In this document: one piece after another, positions 56,606 through 64,000 of the stretch
Numbering within the stretch: the first letter of the stretch is position 1
Layout: each line of letters starts with the position of its first letter
Source: an uncultured virus (IMG/VR IMGVR_UViG_3300024260_000007)
Taxonomy: Duplodnaviria > Heunggongvirae > Uroviricota > Caudoviricetes
Strand: one strand, 5' to 3'
DNA length: 64,000 nucleotides
Virus record (IMG/VR): IMGVR_UViG_3300024260_000007
The notes under the pieces: model-generated
Told to the model about the DNA's origin: nothing
The model's database searches: none
What the model saw: only the letters and a program-made list of their open reading frames with translations
Made by a program: the position numbers and the translations under genes

Positions 56606-59077
56606 ATGGCAATAGAACCCGCAATTGAAGCACCTTTAGCTCCAATGCCCTCTTCAGAGGACATGATGGACGTAATAGGCAGTCAGATAGATACACAAGA
56701 GGACGGTTCTGTCATTGTAGATTTCGCCCCAGAAGACGAAACTGTAGAGGACGAAGGTCACTCTGCCAACCTAGCGGAAGTCTTAGACGATGACTACTTA
56801 GAAGAAATAGCAGCAGAACTGATTGATTTATATGAAGAAGACAGAGCGTCGCGTAGCGATTGGGAAGAAGTCTATACCAAAGGAATCAGCCTTCTTGGTC
56901 TTAAAATCGAAGAAAGAGACGAGCCCTTCCCAGGCGCGTCGGGCGTTCATCACCCTATCCTCGCAGAAGCGGTAACTCAGTTCCAGTCGCAGGCATTCAA
57001 AGAGATGTGCCCTGCAAACGGTCCTGTGGATACAGCCATTGTAGGAATTGAAACAGACGAGAAAGTCGCGCAAAGCAATCGTGTCAAGGAGTTCTTGAAC
57101 TATAACGTACTACATGTAATGGAAGAGTTTGAGTCTGAGATGGACCAAATGCTGTTCTATCTCCCTCTTTCAGGCAGTGCCTTCAAGAAGATTTACTACG
57201 ATAACGCTATTGACCGTCCTGTGAGTACTTATATTACAGCAGAAGACCTTGTCGTTCCTTATGAGACAACTGACCTACGTACAGCTAGTCGCGTAACTCA
57301 TGTTATTCGTATGTCGGCAAACGATATCAGAAAACAGCAGCAGGTAGGGTTTTACTCTAGCACTGACGAGGTTGGTCAGGGCTCTGAGTTATATGAGACA
57401 GGCGCTAGGAGTATCCTGGACGAGGCTGTAGGCCAACAAAACAACACAGGCATTGCGGGAGACTATAACGATATACACACCCTGCTTGAGATGCACATTG
57501 ATTTAGATTTAGAAGGGTTTGAAGATGAAGATGAGGACGGTAAAACAGGTATTGCTATACCTTACATTATTACCATTGATAAAGACACTGAAAGAGTACT
57601 ATCTATACGTAAAAATTGGAAAGAAGGTGATGACAGCAGAAAGAAAATAGCTTATTTCTGTCATTATAAGTTTCTACCGGGACTAGGTTTCTACGGTTTC
57701 GGTTTAATCCACATGATTGGTGGCGTTACTTACGCAGCAACTGCTATCTTGCGCCAATTGATTGACGCAGGTACCTTGTCTAATCTACCGGGTGGTTTTA
57801 AAGCCAGAGGATTACGTATCCAAGGCGAGGATGAGCCGATTGCACCTGGCGAGTGGCGCGATGTAGACACGACAGGAGCCTCTATTAGAGACTCTCTAAT
57901 GCCGTTACCATACAAAGAGCCCTCTAACACGTTATCGGCGCTGTTAGGCGTACTGGTGGACACAGGTAGACGCTTTGCTTCAATCACAGACACTCAAGTA
58001 GGTGACTCACGTCAGGACATGCCTGTAGGCACAACTGTAGCACTACTAGAGAAAGGCTCTCAAATCATGTCTGCGGTACATAAACGCTTACACGGCGCGC
58101 AGAAGATGGAATTTAAGATGTTGGCACGTATCATTCACGAGAATATGCCTGATGACTACCCATACGAAGTAGAGGGTGGCGAGAATATGATTAAGAAGAC
58201 TGATTTTGACGAGCGTGTAGACGTGATTCCTGTATCAGACCCTAATATCTTCTCAATGGCTCAGCGCGTGATGATGGCACAGCAACAGCTTAATCTAGCT
58301 CAAGCATCCCCTGAAATTCACGATGTCAGAGAGGCTTATAAGCGTATGTACCATGCTCTAGGTGTAGATAATGTAGATAAACTACTACCTCCAGAGCCAG
58401 AATTGGAGGCACTAGACCCTATTACAGAGAATATGAACTCGATGACAGGCCGCCCTATGAAGGCGTTTGAAGAGCAGAACCATGATGCTCACATCGAAGC
58501 ACACATGCAAATACTACAAAACCCTGCATATCAGCAGATTCAAGGCATGCAAGCGGTACTTACAGCCCATATCCAAGAGCATTACGCACTTAAATACAAG
58601 GTTGAAGCAGAGCAAATGCTTGGTCAGCCTATCCCACAAGATGTGGAAGACCCAGAAATGGCATCGCAGATTGCACAGAAGGCGGCGCAGGTTACATCTC
58701 AAATCACAGGTAAAGACCAGCAGATGGCTCAAGCTATGCAGCAACCGCCTATTGACCCTGCTACCCAGGCTAAGATGGAGCAAGAAACCGCTAAACTCCA
58801 GCAGAAAGATAAGGCTGACGAGGAGCGCGGTGCTATTGAACTCACTAAACTGAAGTCGCAAGAGAAGATGGCGCGTGAGAAGATGGACTTAGAGTATCAG
58901 AAACACCAAGAAACTATAGCAGCAGACAGAGAGAACTCTCTACTGGACGCTGATATTGCAGAGGGTCAGATGTATACCCAATTGTTAAATGAGCAGAAAC
59001 GCTCATCCACTCAAAAGGAGCTTACAAATGCCCGGAAAAAAGAAGGGTCCGCCACCAAGCAAGGGACCAGTAAGTAA
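56606..59077 (+). CDS. Portal protein
   Basis: SRSDWE, PFPGASGVHHP.L.EAV.QFQ, GSAFKK.YYD, GFYGFGLIH; Q-rich C-terminal extension. Confidence 0.9.
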   Translation: MAIEPAIEAPLAPMPSSEDMMDVIGSQIDTQEDGSVIVDFAPEDETVEDEGHSANLAEVLDDDYLEEIAAELIDLYEEDRASRSDWEEVYTKGISLLGLKIEERDEPFPGASGVHHPILAEAVTQFQSQAFKEMCPANGPVDTAIVGIETDEKVAQSNRVKEFLNYNVLHVMEEFESEMDQMLFYLPLSGSAFKKIYYDNAIDRPVSTYITAEDLVVPYETTDLRTASRVTHVIRMSANDIRKQQQVGFYSSTDEVGQGSELYETGARSILDEAVGQQNNTGIAGDYNDIHTLLEMHIDLDLEGFEDEDEDGKTGIAIPYIITIDKDTERVLSIRKNWKEGDDSRKKIAYFCHYKFLPGLGFYGFGLIHMIGGVTYAATAILRQLIDAGTLSNLPGGFKARGLRIQGEDEPIAPGEWRDVDTTGASIRDSLMPLPYKEPSNTLSALLGVLVDTGRRFASITDTQVGDSRQDMPVGTTVALLEKGSQIMSAVHKRLHGAQKMEFKMLARIIHENMPDDYPYEVEGGENMIKKTDFDERVDVIPVSDPNIFSMAQRVMMAQQQLNLAQASPEIHDVREAYKRMYHALGVDNVDKLLPPEPELEALDPITENMNSMTGRPMKAFEEQNHDAHIEAHMQILQNPAYQQIQGMQAVLTAHIQEHYALKYKVEAEQMLGQPIPQDVEDPEMASQIAQKAAQVTSQITGKDQQMAQAMQQPPIDPATQAKMEQETAKLQQKDKADEERGAIELTKLKSQEKMAREKMDLEYQKHQETIAADRENSLLDADIAEGQMYTQLLNEQKRSSTQKELTNARKKEGSATKQGTSK

Positions 59078-59105
59078 CGGTATTCCATATGGAAACCGCA
59101 AATAG
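59028..59105 (+). CDS. Small basic Pro-rich peptide overlapping the portal 3' end
   Basis: aaggag RBS at 59015-59020; MPGKKKGPPPSKGPVSNGIPYGNRK*. Confidence 0.45.
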   Translation: MPGKKKGPPPSKGPVSNGIPYGNRK

Positions 59106-59126
59106 TATGCAGAAAAGGAGAAAAGT

Positions 59127-59327
59127 ATGCACGACGCAAGCACGTTCGCGGAGGAGCTTTTAAAGCGCTTACGTAACGATAAACAAGCTATTGAAACAGC
59201 CTGTGCTGTTGGTAATGTCCCAGATTGGGATTCATACCAGCATTTAAAAGGTACCTACAAGGGCTTAGCTCTGGTGGAGAGTAACATTTTAGAACTATTG
59301 GGTAATATGACCAAAGCAGATACATAA
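59127..59327 (+). CDS. Small helical head-module protein
   Basis: G.V.DW..Y..L.G...GL pattern; RBS aaggag. Confidence 0.65.
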   Translation: MHDASTFAEELLKRLRNDKQAIETACAVGNVPDWDSYQHLKGTYKGLALVESNILELLGNMTKADT

Positions 59328-59366
59328 TGCGTTCAAGCTGCGTTTCAGCTTGCTAAAGGAGAAAAG

Positions 59367-59747
59367 ATGATAAATAAGAACGAAATAGACCCTCGGGAGC
59401 TAACTCCTGAGGATTTAGAAGGTATTCCTACGCCGACCGGCTATAGGATGTTAATGGTTCCATACGCACCCCCAAAGACTACTAAGAGCGGCATTATTGT
59501 GTCTGACGCGATGCATAAAGCTGAAACAGTAGCCTCTACGGTAGGGTATGTAGTTAAGATGGGGCCTGACTGTTATAAAGACAAGAGCAGGTACCCAGAT
59601 GGGCCATGGTGTACAGAAGGGAGCTTTGTTCTCTTCGGTCGCTATGCAGGTGCTCGTATCCAGAGAGATAATCTGGAGATGAGGATTTTAAATGATGACG
59701 AGATTCTGGCGTTGATTGAAGACCCAGAAAAGTATCTCGCTTACTAG
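59367..59747 (+). CDS. groES: GroES-like co-chaperonin
   Basis: PTGYRML, KTKSGII-like mobile loop, G.VV.MGP, V.F.RYAG, ILNDDEILA. Confidence 0.85.
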   Translation: MINKNEIDPRELTPEDLEGIPTPTGYRMLMVPYAPPKTTKSGIIVSDAMHKAETVASTVGYVVKMGPDCYKDKSRYPDGPWCTEGSFVLFGRYAGARIQRDNLEMRILNDDEILALIEDPEKYLAY

Positions 59748-59757
59748 GAGAAGTAAA

Positions 59758-60630
59758 ATGGCAAACATAGAAAATGCTGAAGAAGTTGACTACGAGCTAG
59801 AAGAAGGCGTAGAGTTAGAGGAGTCACAAGAGGCTAAGCTAGAGATAGTAGCGGACGCAGCTGAGGACGAGTTAGAGGAGTACTCAGACGGAGTACAGAA
59901 ACGAATTAAGAAACTTACTTATAAATACAGAGAGGCTGAGAGAAAAGAAAAAGCTGCGCTGGATTTTGCCCGTGGTGTAAACGACGAGCTTACGAAAGTA
60001 AAGAAAAGACTTAACCAATCAGACAAGACTCTTATGGGTGAATATGAAGGCAGACTAGATGGGCAGCTTGAGAAAGCACGCTCGGACTATAAGACTGCTT
60101 TTGATACAGGCGACTCTACAAAAGCAACAGAGGCAAACGAAAGACTAGCCAAACTAGCTAGTGAAAGAGATACTGTTGAGCGCGCAAGACGCCGTAAAGA
60201 ATCAGAGTGGGAGGCTTCCGACAAAGAGCTAGAAACTACTACTGCTTTTGATAATCAGATAAACCAGCAGTTCCAGCAGAACGCTCCTACAGACGATAGA
60301 GCAGTAGAGTGGGCTAAGGAAAACTCATGGTTTGGTAAAGACGAGGCGATGACAGCATCAGCTTTCGCTTTCCATAATAAACTAGTAACTGAAGAGGGGG
60401 TTGACCCGACGTCGGATGAGTACTATAATGAAGTTAATGAACGAATGCGTGAGGCGTTCCCGCACAAGTTCAAAGCAAACAACCGAACGACTCAGACGGT
60501 TGCAGGCAGCTCTCGCAAAGCAGCCCAGAAATCTGGACGCAAAGTAAGGTTATCCGCAAGTGAAGTAGATATTGCTAAACGCTTAGGTGTACCTCTAGAA
60601 GAATACGCAAAGTATAAGGGGGCTAATTAA
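59758..60630 (+). CDS. Capsid scaffolding protein
   Basis: Acidic coiled coil, W..EN.WFG, C-terminal LS.SE..IAKRLGV..EEYAK; RBS before ATG 59758. Confidence 0.75.
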   Translation: MANIENAEEVDYELEEGVELEESQEAKLEIVADAAEDELEEYSDGVQKRIKKLTYKYREAERKEKAALDFARGVNDELTKVKKRLNQSDKTLMGEYEGRLDGQLEKARSDYKTAFDTGDSTKATEANERLAKLASERDTVERARRRKESEWEASDKELETTTAFDNQINQQFQQNAPTDDRAVEWAKENSWFGKDEAMTASAFAFHNKLVTEEGVDPTSDEYYNEVNERMREAFPHKFKANNRTTQTVAGSSRKAAQKSGRKVRLSASEVDIAKRLGVPLEEYAKYKGAN

Positions 60631-61110
60631 ATGTCAACCAATAATGTGACGCTAAACAAAGACAAGCGTTCGTCACGCGCTGCAAGTAACCGCGATACTA
60701 CAGTTCGCGCTAAGTCATGGACACCACCATCACTGTTAGAAGCTCCAGAAGCTCCTCAGGGTTGGAAGTACCGATGGATTCGAGCAGAAATGCTTGGTCA
60801 GGAGGACAAGGTTAATATGAGCAAACGACTCCGTGAGGGGTACGAGCTTGTAAAAGCTGAGGACCATCCTGAGTTTCAAGCGCCTACCATCTCTGATGGG
60901 ACAGCATTGAATGGTTGCATAGGAACAGGTGGACTAGTTCTAGCGAAATTCCCGATGGAGTTCGTAGAACAGCGGAATGCTTACTACAGAAGCCGCGCTG
61001 ACGACCAACTGGCTTCAGTAGATAATGATTTGATGAAAGAGAGTAATCCGTCGATGCCACTTAGTTCTCCGGAACGAAAGAGTACGACTACCTTCGGAAG
61101 TCAAACATAA
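60631..61110 (+). CDS. Head-module hypothetical protein
   Basis: W.PPS.L.AP..P.G..YRWIR...REGYE.V. Confidence 0.7.
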   Translation: MSTNNVTLNKDKRSSRAASNRDTTVRAKSWTPPSLLEAPEAPQGWKYRWIRAEMLGQEDKVNMSKRLREGYELVKAEDHPEFQAPTISDGTALNGCIGTGGLVLAKFPMEFVEQRNAYYRSRADDQLASVDNDLMKESNPSMPLSSPERKSTTTFGSQT

Positions 61111-61146
61111 AATACTTTTGTTTAATTTAATAGAGAGGGCTTAGCA

Positions 61147-61710
61147 ATGGCTAATTCAGATAATCCTAACGGATTTACGCCTGTAAGACACATGAGCGGT
61201 GGGACTATTCGTGCAAACGAATACCTTATCGAATCAGGTGAAACTACGGCAATTTTCTCTGGCGATTTAGTAACACTAGAAGCAGACGGCTACATTGAGC
61301 AGGCGGACGCAACTGATGTGAATATTGTTGGAGTTTTCGGCGGTGTCGAATATACTGCTACAGATGGTTCTGTAGTATTTAAGAACAATTGGGTAGCTTC
61401 TACAACTACACTTGGTTCAAATGATGTGAAAGCATTTGTATATGATGACCCAAGTATTGTATACAGTGCACAACACGATGGTACTATGACTACAGCAATG
61501 AATGGCTCTGCCTTTGATGTTGTAGTTGCAGCAGGTAGCGCGACTAATGGTCGTTCTTCTATGGAAGTTGATACTTCATCAGCTAGTGCAACAAGCGGGC
61601 AACTTAAACAAGTTGGGCTAATTAATAAGACAGGAAACGCAACTGGTGCTAACGCAGAAGTTGAAGTCATTATTAATGAGCACCTTCTTAAGCAAGTTGT
61701 TGCTATTTAA
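61147..61710 (+). CDS. Capsid decoration/cement-like protein
   Basis: IFSGDLV, GVF.G..Y, V.DDP; immediately before the capsid gene. Confidence 0.6.
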   Translation: MANSDNPNGFTPVRHMSGGTIRANEYLIESGETTAIFSGDLVTLEADGYIEQADATDVNIVGVFGGVEYTATDGSVVFKNNWVASTTTLGSNDVKAFVYDDPSIVYSAQHDGTMTTAMNGSAFDVVVAAGSATNGRSSMEVDTSSASATSGQLKQVGLINKTGNATGANAEVEVIINEHLLKQVVAI

Positions 61711-61726
61711 GGAGGCATAGAAGACT

Positions 61727-62632
61727 ATGGCAATTAATAGAGCACAACTCGTAAAAGAGTTAGAACCGGGACTTAACGCCTTATTTGGCTTAGAGTACTC
61801 TAAATATCAAGACGAATGGAAAGGTATCTTTGATACTGAATCTTCAGACCGCGCGTTTGAAGAGGAAGTGATGTTATCTGGCTTCGGTAATGCAGCAACT
61901 AAAGCAGAAGGCGCAGGCTTTGCTTACGATACTGCACAAGAAGTTTACACATCTCGTTATAACCATGAAACAATCGCTTTAGGCTTTGCTCTTACTGAGG
62001 AAGCAATGGAAGATAATTTGTACGACAAGTTATCATCTCGTTATACTAAAGCACTAGCTCGTTCTATGAGCCACACTAAAAATGTTAAGGGTGCTGATGT
62101 ATTAAATAATGCATTTAACTCTTCATACGCAGGTGGTGATGGTACTGAGCTGATTGGTACTCACACACTGTTGAACGGTAGCACTATTGCTAACGAACCT
62201 TCAGTGGCTGCAGACTTAAACGAAACTTCATTAGAAGCTGCGCTAATTGATATTAGCAAGTTTACTGATGAGCGTGGTTTAAAGATTGCGGTTAAAGGTC
62301 AATCACTATGTGTACCTTCAGACTTAATATTCGTCGCAGAACGTGTATTAGGTTCTTCTGGTCGCGTAGCAACAGCGGATAATGACTTGAATGCAATTAA
62401 ATCAACTGGTGTATTACCAGGTGGTGCGACTGTCAATCATTACTTAACCGATACTGACGCTTGGTTTATCCGTACTGATGCTCCTAACGGCTTGAAGCAT
62501 TTCAACCGTGTTGGTATGAAGACTGGGATGGAGGGAGATTTTGAAACGGGCAATGTTCGTTACAAGGCTCGCGAGAGGTACTCATTCGGTTGGTCTGACT
62601 TCCGTGCAGTGTACGGTTCGCCTGGTGCTTAG
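61727..62632 (+). CDS. Major capsid protein (HK97 fold)
   Basis: MAINRAQLVKELEPGLNALFGLEY...HYLTDTDAWF...YKARERYSFGWSD; followed by a strong terminator. Confidence 0.9.
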   Translation: MAINRAQLVKELEPGLNALFGLEYSKYQDEWKGIFDTESSDRAFEEEVMLSGFGNAATKAEGAGFAYDTAQEVYTSRYNHETIALGFALTEEAMEDNLYDKLSSRYTKALARSMSHTKNVKGADVLNNAFNSSYAGGDGTELIGTHTLLNGSTIANEPSVAADLNETSLEAALIDISKFTDERGLKIAVKGQSLCVPSDLIFVAERVLGSSGRVATADNDLNAIKSTGVLPGGATVNHYLTDTDAWFIRTDAPNGLKHFNRVGMKTGMEGDFETGNVRYKARERYSFGWSDFRAVYGSPGA

Positions 62633-62668
62633 GGGAAACCCGCAGTACTAAAGGCTTTACGCTTTAAG

Positions 62669-62694
62669 AGGTCCCTTCGGGGGCCTTTTTTATT
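62669..62694 (+). terminator. Intrinsic terminator with cUUCGg loop
   Basis: aggtccc-ttcg-ggggcct plus T run. Confidence 0.9.
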
Positions 62695-62803
62695 GCCTAT
62701 TGTTTAATACAATAATTAAGTTATAATAATCATGTGCATTAAGCACACCATATATCCTGCAACGGACGTTGTAGGAGTTGACTGATAACACAGGAGAAAT
62801 ATA

Positions 62804-63214
62804 ATGAGTGCAACACACTTTAGTGGACCAGTAGCAGTAGGCTCTGGCAAAATGGAATCTGTTGGCGCGACTAAGACAGTTAGTTCAGCGGACAACGGTA
62901 AGGTTTTAGTATTAAATGGTGGTACTGGCGGAGCAATTACGTTGCCAGCAGTAGCCACAGCCCTTAGTGGTTTACAATTCAAGATTGTAGTAGGTGCAGC
63001 CTTTTCTACAGACTACGTTATTACGGCAACTACGGCAGTAATTAGTGGCCCTATCGCAGAAGCAGGTGTTATTCAAACCTGTGCTGGAGCAACCACACTT
63101 ACGTTAGAAGACGGAACAGAAGCAATTGGTGACCATATCGATTTCTTATGTGATGGAACAAACTGGTTAATTAATGGGAACTTCCAAACGGCGGCATCTA
63201 TTACGGTAGCTTAA
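62804..63214 (+). CDS. Virion-associated hypothetical protein
   Basis: THFSGPV start, ITLPA, CDGTNW; RBS aggag. Confidence 0.7.
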   Translation: MSATHFSGPVAVGSGKMESVGATKTVSSADNGKVLVLNGGTGGAITLPAVATALSGLQFKIVVGAAFSTDYVITATTAVISGPIAEAGVIQTCAGATTLTLEDGTEAIGDHIDFLCDGTNWLINGNFQTAASITVA

Positions 63215-63228
63215 CAGCAATCGAACTT

Positions 63229-63258
63229 AAAGGGCTTCTTCGGGAGTCCTTTTTTATT
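63229..63258 (+). terminator. Intrinsic terminator (variant of 203-230)
   Basis: gggcttc-ttcg-ggagtcc plus T run. Confidence 0.85.
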
Positions 63259-63329
63259 ACCTGTAATTAAGTTATAATAACACTATCTTTCAATGAGCGG
63301 GCGAAGCCCCTCTTCTCATAGGAGTCAAT

Positions 63330-63713
63330 ATGGCAGATTCAGTAACAAGTCAGACTATCATGGACGGTTCTAAGACCGTTGTTATGAAATTTACAAATGT
63401 ATCAGATGGTACAGGCGAAACAGCGGTAGTAAAGGCAGATGCCTCAGCACTACTAAACGCACCTTCAAAACTTAAAGTTATGCGCGTATGGGCAATGACT
63501 AACGGCATGGCTGTTAGTGTGTTGTTCGATGCTACTGCAGATGTATTGGCAGTAGTAGCGCCTGCAGATGAGGCCACACACTTAGACTTTAGGTCTTTCG
63601 GGGGGGTCAATAACAATGCAGGCTCGGGTGTAACAGGAGATATCTCATTTACCACCGTAGGTGCTAGTGCTGGCGATACATATAGTATTATCTTAGAGTT
63701 ATCTAAGTCATAG
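63330..63713 (+). CDS. Allelic variant of 302..685
   Basis: 17 of 127 aa differ by manual count. Confidence 0.85.
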   Translation: MADSVTSQTIMDGSKTVVMKFTNVSDGTGETAVVKADASALLNAPSKLKVMRVWAMTNGMAVSVLFDATADVLAVVAPADEATHLDFRSFGGVNNNAGSGVTGDISFTTVGASAGDTYSIILELSKS

Positions 63714-63723
63714 GAGCAGCTAA

Positions 63724-64000
63724 GTGGCCACTTCAGGAACTACAGCATTTAACCTAGATGTCTCAGATATTTGTGAGGAGGCGTATGAAAGGTGCGGATT
63801 AGAACTCCGTAGTGGTTATGACGCTAAAACTGCGCGTCGTAGTATGAATATCATGCTTCAGGAGTGGGGCAACAGAGGTATACACCTATGGAAGGTAAAT
63901 AAGACTTCCCAGGCGTTGGTTAAAGGTACTGCCTCATATACTTTAGATGGTAAAGTCATAGACTTGCTAGATGTAAACAGTAAGCGCTCTACTGCAGAGT
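63724..64000 (+). CDS. 5' part of adaptor gene, variant of 696..1355 (truncated by the window edge)
   Basis: GTG start; ATSGTTAFNLDVSDICEEAYERCG... Confidence 0.85.
   Translation, partial: MATSGTTAFNLDVSDICEEAYERCGLELRSGYDAKTARRSMNIMLQEWGNRGIHLWKVNKTSQALVKGTASYTLDGKVIDLLDVNSKRSTAE

Larger units (their letters stand above)
1..63026. mobile_element. Apparently complete tailed phage genome (podovirus-like), one unit length
   Basis: Terminase, portal, capsid, tail, ejection and replication genes are all present; sequence at 1 recurs at 63027; no host housekeeping genes seen. Confidence 0.93.
63027..64000 (+). repeat. Right, diverged copy of 1-~975
   Basis: Colinear alignment to the window start, running off the window end. 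Confidence 0.97.

Noticed and set aside
262..63655. Many antisense or nested ORFs in the track (e.g. 262..651, 3251..3811, 16250..16708, 24946..25515, 48329..48760)
   Set aside because: They are shadows of well-supported genes on the other strand and have no recognisable motifs
1..64000. Integrated prophage or lysogeny module
   Set aside because: No integrase, cI/cro pair, att-like junction or host genes seen within the window
1..64000. Stop-codon reassignment
   Set aside because: Standard-code ORFs tile the genome densely, and TAA, TAG and TGA all end genes at sensible junctions

Overview
The window is essentially one complete genome (unit length about 63,026 bp) of a tailed dsDNA bacteriophage with podovirus-like virion genes. 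It resembles uncultured marine phages with the terminase-portal-GroES-scaffold-capsid gene order; this resemblance is recalled, not searched. Bases 1-~975 recur at 63027-64000 as a diverged copy. + strand 49.3-64 kb continuing into 0-29.8 kb: packaging, head, adaptor, tail-fibre, nozzle and ejection genes, plus a 1752-aa polyvalent protein. Inserted among them are a radical SAM plus flavin-dependent halogenase cassette (8-10.8 kb) and a holin-like plus secreted-protein operon with pilin-like and chaperone-like members (10.9-15.2 kb). - strand 29.9-48.7 kb: SSB-like proteins, SNF2 helicase, resolvase-like nuclease, family A DNA polymerase, many small early genes, a gamma-glutamylcyclotransferase and an amidoligase. 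These are interrupted by a + strand primase-helicase and an iteron-like AT-rich region. No integrase, endolysin, tRNA, CRISPR array, reverse transcriptase or methyltransferase was recognised. All calls come from reading motifs by eye; no database search or folding was run.
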